From an uncultured Lachnospira sp. (lineage in GTDB: Bacteria; Bacillota; Clostridia; Lachnospirales; Lachnospiraceae): a stretch of 64,000 nt of DNA. The translations under genes were made by a program, and so were the position numbers. The DNA is taken from contig CARJMT010000007.1 in NCBI GenBank assembly GCA_949002095.1, positions 70,024-134,023 of the forward strand, given 5' to 3'. Each line of letters opens with the position of its first letter. The first letter of the stretch is position 1. A model generated the notes under the pieces. It was not told the DNA's origin and ran no database searches. It saw only the letters and a program-made list of their open reading frames with translations. Shown piece by piece: positions 60,347 through 64,000 of this stretch.

Positions 60347-60573
60347 TCTGTCCTCCTTAATTACACTAATATTTTAAAAAAATACCAAGTCTTTTAATAA
60401 CTTCTGACCACTTCTTTTAAATCAATTATTACTTGTGTGCCATCAGTAAATCCAAAGACTAATTGCCCTTCCGCATTAGCAGAAGCGTCAGTGATAAGCG
60501 GCATCTGCTTCAATGACGCTTTAATTCTGTCTAATGCTAAATCTTCATCAATCGCATGAACCATATCTTCCCT

Positions 60574-62304
60574 CTATGAAAAGAACATCATATCACTAAT
60601 ATTATGATGTTTTCTACGTTTTAGTCTTTCTTCCTCTTGTTTAATATAGTACAAACCATATTCAAAAGCTGAGAATTTATCCTTTCGGATACCTTTTGTA
60701 GATTGCTTCAAAATAATATTAACACCTTCATTTTCTTCTACTAAATTAAGCATTTGCTCTCTTAAAATAGTAGTTAAAGTAAAAGGTTTTAAGTAATCTG
60801 CACGTTTATTAGCATCCATAGCTTGCCCTGTCTTAGTTCCCATTAATTTAGCTTTAGCCTGATTTTCATCAATTAAAAATTTAATCTTTCCGCTAAATAA
60901 TTGAGTTTGAACATAAGTATGAGCCTCTGTGTTAATTGGAGCATTAGCTTTAATTAAATACAAAGCATCTCTTTCCATATCATCTGTTCTAAACTTCTTA
61001 TAGAAACCTTCATCATCATTCATAGGACCAAAAGGTGGATAATATGAACCGTCAATATCTTCTTGAGATTTAACCATATAATCAATCAAACCAATACCAA
61101 GACCGTTCGCGTCAATAGCTACAGCTCTAGCTTTATACTTATAATAAAGCTTTTTAATATTGATAGATTGTTGTTCAAAGTGTTCTTCATCAAACGTATA
61201 TATATTAACAAGAGACTTCAATGCACTTCCTTGCGGCTGTGGGGTTACTTTGAACACACAAACCTCAGTAGTACATCCTTTACGACCAACGTCTATTCCT
61301 AATACATAATAAGCTGATTTAGAACTTCTTCCACTCCATTCATACTCTGGCTGTAATAGAACTCTATATTTATCAATACGTTCAGATGAGAAGAAGGCAT
61401 TTTCTGCGTCTCCACTCCATTCTGATTCATATTCACGCGCAAATGAAGCGTCATTATAAGTTCCATCAAGTTTCAATTCTTCAATAAAGCTACGTTGCAA
61501 TAGTTTTTCCATTACAGGAACTCGCCACGTTCCACCAAGAACAACCGCCTCATCAGGCTCAATAATCTGTTGAATTAAGGTTTGAATTAACTTTTCATAA
61601 GCAAAGGTATTTTTCCAACCCGCGGTAGTTACAAAGATTTGACTCTTATTAACTAACTCTTCCTCATGGCGGCTACCGTCTGGAAGACGTCTATTAACGT
61701 TCATGGTAGGAATAATAACTTCATTCAACATTGTTTGGTCCACAAGGATACATTCCTCTACGAGTCCACCAGTTGCACGCTTACCACGAGAAGATTGTCT
61801 TGCAGCCATAATATCTAGCTTGCTTTTGTTCTTAAACAAGTATTCTACGTTATCTTTTGAAGATTTAGAAGCACCTCTGCTCCAGTCTATTTCATTCTTA
61901 ATACCAGGTATTAGCTTACAAAGTTCCTCTACCTTTTCTCTTGCGATACCAGCCGCCTGCTCCTTACCGCCTGTTGTAACGAATAAGTGGCTACCAGGAT
62001 ATAAGATGCAGCGTATCATCAAAATTAACACTGATAAAAATGATTTTGAATACGCACGAGGGAAAGTTGCATACGCGTATCTATGACGCATAACCGCCCT
62101 CAAGAAAACTCTTTGATAAAAATATAATTGGAAATTTTCAGGGTTACTTCCGCACAAGAAATCCACAAACATATCAGGATATTCACGCCAAAAAGCAACG
62201 TATTCACGCAACACTGGAATTTGTGCTTGAATACGTTCCTCAGATAATCCAACTTTTTTTACATTTTTGGCTTCGGAGAGTGCCATTAGGTCTTTTAGTG
62301 CCAT
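60574..62304 (-). CDS. Terminase large subunit
   Basis: Deviant Walker A PRAYSKSF; RNaseH-like nuclease segment LGIDVGRKG...AIDANGLG; 576 aa; lies upstream of the portal gene. Confidence 0.7.
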   Translation of the reverse strand: MALKDLMALSEAKNVKKVGLSEERIQAQIPVLREYVAFWREYPDMFVDFLCGSNPENFQLYFYQRVFLRAVMRHRYAYATFPRAYSKSFLSVLILMIRCILYPGSHLFVTTGGKEQAAGIAREKVEELCKLIPGIKNEIDWSRGASKSSKDNVEYLFKNKSKLDIMAARQSSRGKRATGGLVEECILVDQTMLNEVIIPTMNVNRRLPDGSRHEEELVNKSQIFVTTAGWKNTFAYEKLIQTLIQQIIEPDEAVVLGGTWRVPVMEKLLQRSFIEELKLDGTYNDASFAREYESEWSGDAENAFFSSERIDKYRVLLQPEYEWSGRSSKSAYYVLGIDVGRKGCTTEVCVFKVTPQPQGSALKSLVNIYTFDEEHFEQQSINIKKLYYKYKARAVAIDANGLGIGLIDYMVKSQEDIDGSYYPPFGPMNDDEGFYKKFRTDDMERDALYLIKANAPINTEAHTYVQTQLFSGKIKFLIDENQAKAKLMGTKTGQAMDANKRADYLKPFTLTTILREQMLNLVEENEGVNIILKQSTKGIRKDKFSAFEYGLYYIKQEEERLKRRKHHNISDMMFFS

Positions 62305-63494
62305 TAGTCGTCCTCCTCACCATACATTATTTTAATATCTTTCTGCTTTTGTTCTTGTATTTCTTCAAAATATTCTTCATAATCCTTATCTTTTAATCCA
62401 TCTACTTCATCTTCATCAAAGTCGAAATCATCCTCTTGCTCACGCATTTCTTTCTGAATCTGCAATTTCTTAATAGAGTCTTCAATCTGCTGACCGAAAC
62501 CTAAGTCTTGAGTTACCAATTTACGAACATAATTGTTCATATCCTTTAAAGTAACATCAACTTTATCTTGAGGAATATCTGTTGCAAAACGCGGAATGAA
62601 GCCTTCACGCTCGCATAACGCAACTAATTCACCTACAGAGTCAACATAATCGTTTTTAGTCTCTTTATTCTGAGCTGCTGTAAATTTAGCTGACTTACGC
62701 AAAGTATCATAAACTCTTGAAAGAGTATTATATCCAGATACATCTCCGCAGTCAATAGCTTGGTTCATTTTTAGGTAAGTCTTACAAATAAGAATAAGTG
62801 TACCAGTTGTATCAGAATCTTGAATATCAAATGAGTTCATCATTTCTGTATATTTACGCTCCAATTCAACCCATTCATTAGGCTTATATAATCTTCCCCA
62901 TTTCATAGCAAGATACATTTTGTCCTCTGTTGTAAGTTCTGATGCAGGGTCAATCAATTCATCCTCACTCATAAAATTATTTTCATTGTAAGGATTATTG
63001 TCCATATTAGGGGCAGGTCCGTACATAGGCTCTTCCGCGTGTTGAGTCTCTGTGCTCATTAACGTTTTATATTGAGCCTCACTTATCTTACCTTCTTCAT
63101 ATTGCTGTTTAATTTCCGCCTCATAAGCAGCTTGCTCTTCTCTTACTTGTTCTGCTCTTGCCGCATTCTGTTCTCTTAAACGCTCACCGTCAGCCCATCC
63201 ATAAGCTTTCCATTGTTTTAATTTCATTTTAGATAAATATTTGCCAAATACAGACATTCCATTCATCTTATAAGGGTCTTTTGCATAAGCTCTATCTCTT
63301 AACACATTCCATTCTTCTGGAATATAAGGAACATCCATTTTCTCAAGTAACCATAGAAATGTATCTGGCTCAAAATTATCTATGTGCATAGTTAAACATT
63401 TCTTGCACATTTCAGTCTTTTGACCATCTTTATAAGTGTAAAACTGTCCTTCATCCATGGACTTTCCGCACTTAGTACAAGTACAATTCGCCAT
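62304..63494 (-). CDS. Zinc-ribbon-containing protein, possible terminase small subunit or packaging accessory protein
   Basis: CTCTKCG...CKKC at the N-terminus; its stop codon overlaps the large-terminase start. Confidence 0.3.
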   Translation of the reverse strand: MANCTCTKCGKSMDEGQFYTYKDGQKTEMCKKCLTMHIDNFEPDTFLWLLEKMDVPYIPEEWNVLRDRAYAKDPYKMNGMSVFGKYLSKMKLKQWKAYGWADGERLREQNAARAEQVREEQAAYEAEIKQQYEEGKISEAQYKTLMSTETQHAEEPMYGPAPNMDNNPYNENNFMSEDELIDPASELTTEDKMYLAMKWGRLYKPNEWVELERKYTEMMNSFDIQDSDTTGTLILICKTYLKMNQAIDCGDVSGYNTLSRVYDTLRKSAKFTAAQNKETKNDYVDSVGELVALCEREGFIPRFATDIPQDKVDVTLKDMNNYVRKLVTQDLGFGQQIEDSIKKLQIQKEMREQEDDFDFDEDEVDGLKDKDYEEYFEEIQEQKQKDIKIMYGEEDD

Positions 63495-63553
63495 AATAGC
63501 TTCCTCCTTTTTAAATTCTCATTTTACCTGGGTATTGGTTAATCTAAAAAGTC

Positions 63554-63928
63554 CTACTTTTTCTTATTTCTACAACATTTGCAAATACTGTAGAATCCGT
63601 CTTTAGAGGTTTTATTCTTACTAAAGAATCTATTATGAGCAAGTTTAACTTCACCACATCTTGAACATCTCTTCCACTTACCACGTTCTTCCATAGTATA
63701 ATGCCAAACAAGATAATCTTCTTGTGCTTGCTCAGCCAATAGCTTAGGAATCTTATTTCTCCATAAGGAAGAGATATATTCTACTGAATGCTTAATTCCA
63801 TGCTTTTCATTTAGTAGCTCTTGTATTTCAACATTCTGTTTTCCATCAATTTTATAGATAAGCAAATCATAATACAACGGATATTTATCCTTTAATGTTC
63901 TTTCAATTAAATTATCTAAATCTTCCAT
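63554..63928 (-). CDS. Zinc-ribbon protein, hypothetical (no convincing HNH motif)
   Basis: CSRCGEV...ICKCCRN at the C-terminus. Confidence 0.3.
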   Translation of the reverse strand: MEDLDNLIERTLKDKYPLYYDLLIYKIDGKQNVEIQELLNEKHGIKHSVEYISSLWRNKIPKLLAEQAQEDYLVWHYTMEERGKWKRCSRCGEVKLAHNRFFSKNKTSKDGFYSICKCCRNKKK

Positions 63929-64000
63929 TAAGTAATATGAATCACTTCCAAATTTACCCCATGCATCTTCTTTTAACTTAGAATAATTACATAGTAGTGC

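Noticed and set aside
60585-60612. Hairpin catcata...tatgatg plus TTTT near the terminase 3' end
   Set aside because: It lies inside the large-terminase coding sequence (encoding ...HHNISDMMFFS), so it is not a terminator.
63554-63928. HNH endonuclease call for the C-terminal Zn-ribbon protein upstream of the terminase
   Set aside because: It has CxxC and CxCC but no clear catalytic His-Asn-His spacing, so it is left as a zinc-ribbon protein.
1-64000. CRISPR arrays, tRNA or rRNA genes, integrase and attachment sites
   Set aside because: No direct-repeat/spacer periodicity, no cloverleaf-like GC-rich ~75-nt islands in the short intergenic regions, and no tyrosine or serine recombinase motifs were seen in this window.

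Overview
This window is a low-GC phage or prophage segment with strong AGGAGG ribosome-binding sites (RBS), consistent with a Firmicutes-type host. Positions 1-17651 on the + strand hold a replication and nucleotide-metabolism module, including an anaerobic ribonucleotide reductase pair that points to an anaerobic host. Positions 17675-63928 on the - strand run the opposite way and hold the structural and packaging module; no integrase, lysin or holin was recognised.

The key finding is a diversity-generating retroelement (DGR) at 20898-24084, at the distal end of the tail-fibre module. Its parts are:
- a reverse transcriptase (RT) carrying the DGR-specific [ILV]GxxxSQ motif and YMDD;
- a 124-bp template repeat (TR) packed with AAC/AAT codons;
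- an Avd-like accessory gene;
- a target gene whose C-terminal variable repeat (VR) differs from the TR at about 17 positions, every one a TR adenine.

Other notable features:
- recurring consensus promoters, three of them built as TTGATT-N17-TGATATAAT;
- strong intrinsic terminators after the major capsid and major tail genes;
- a free-standing DUF559-like endonuclease inserted between the terminase and portal genes;
- an uncharacterised low-complexity gene cluster at 17675-20641.
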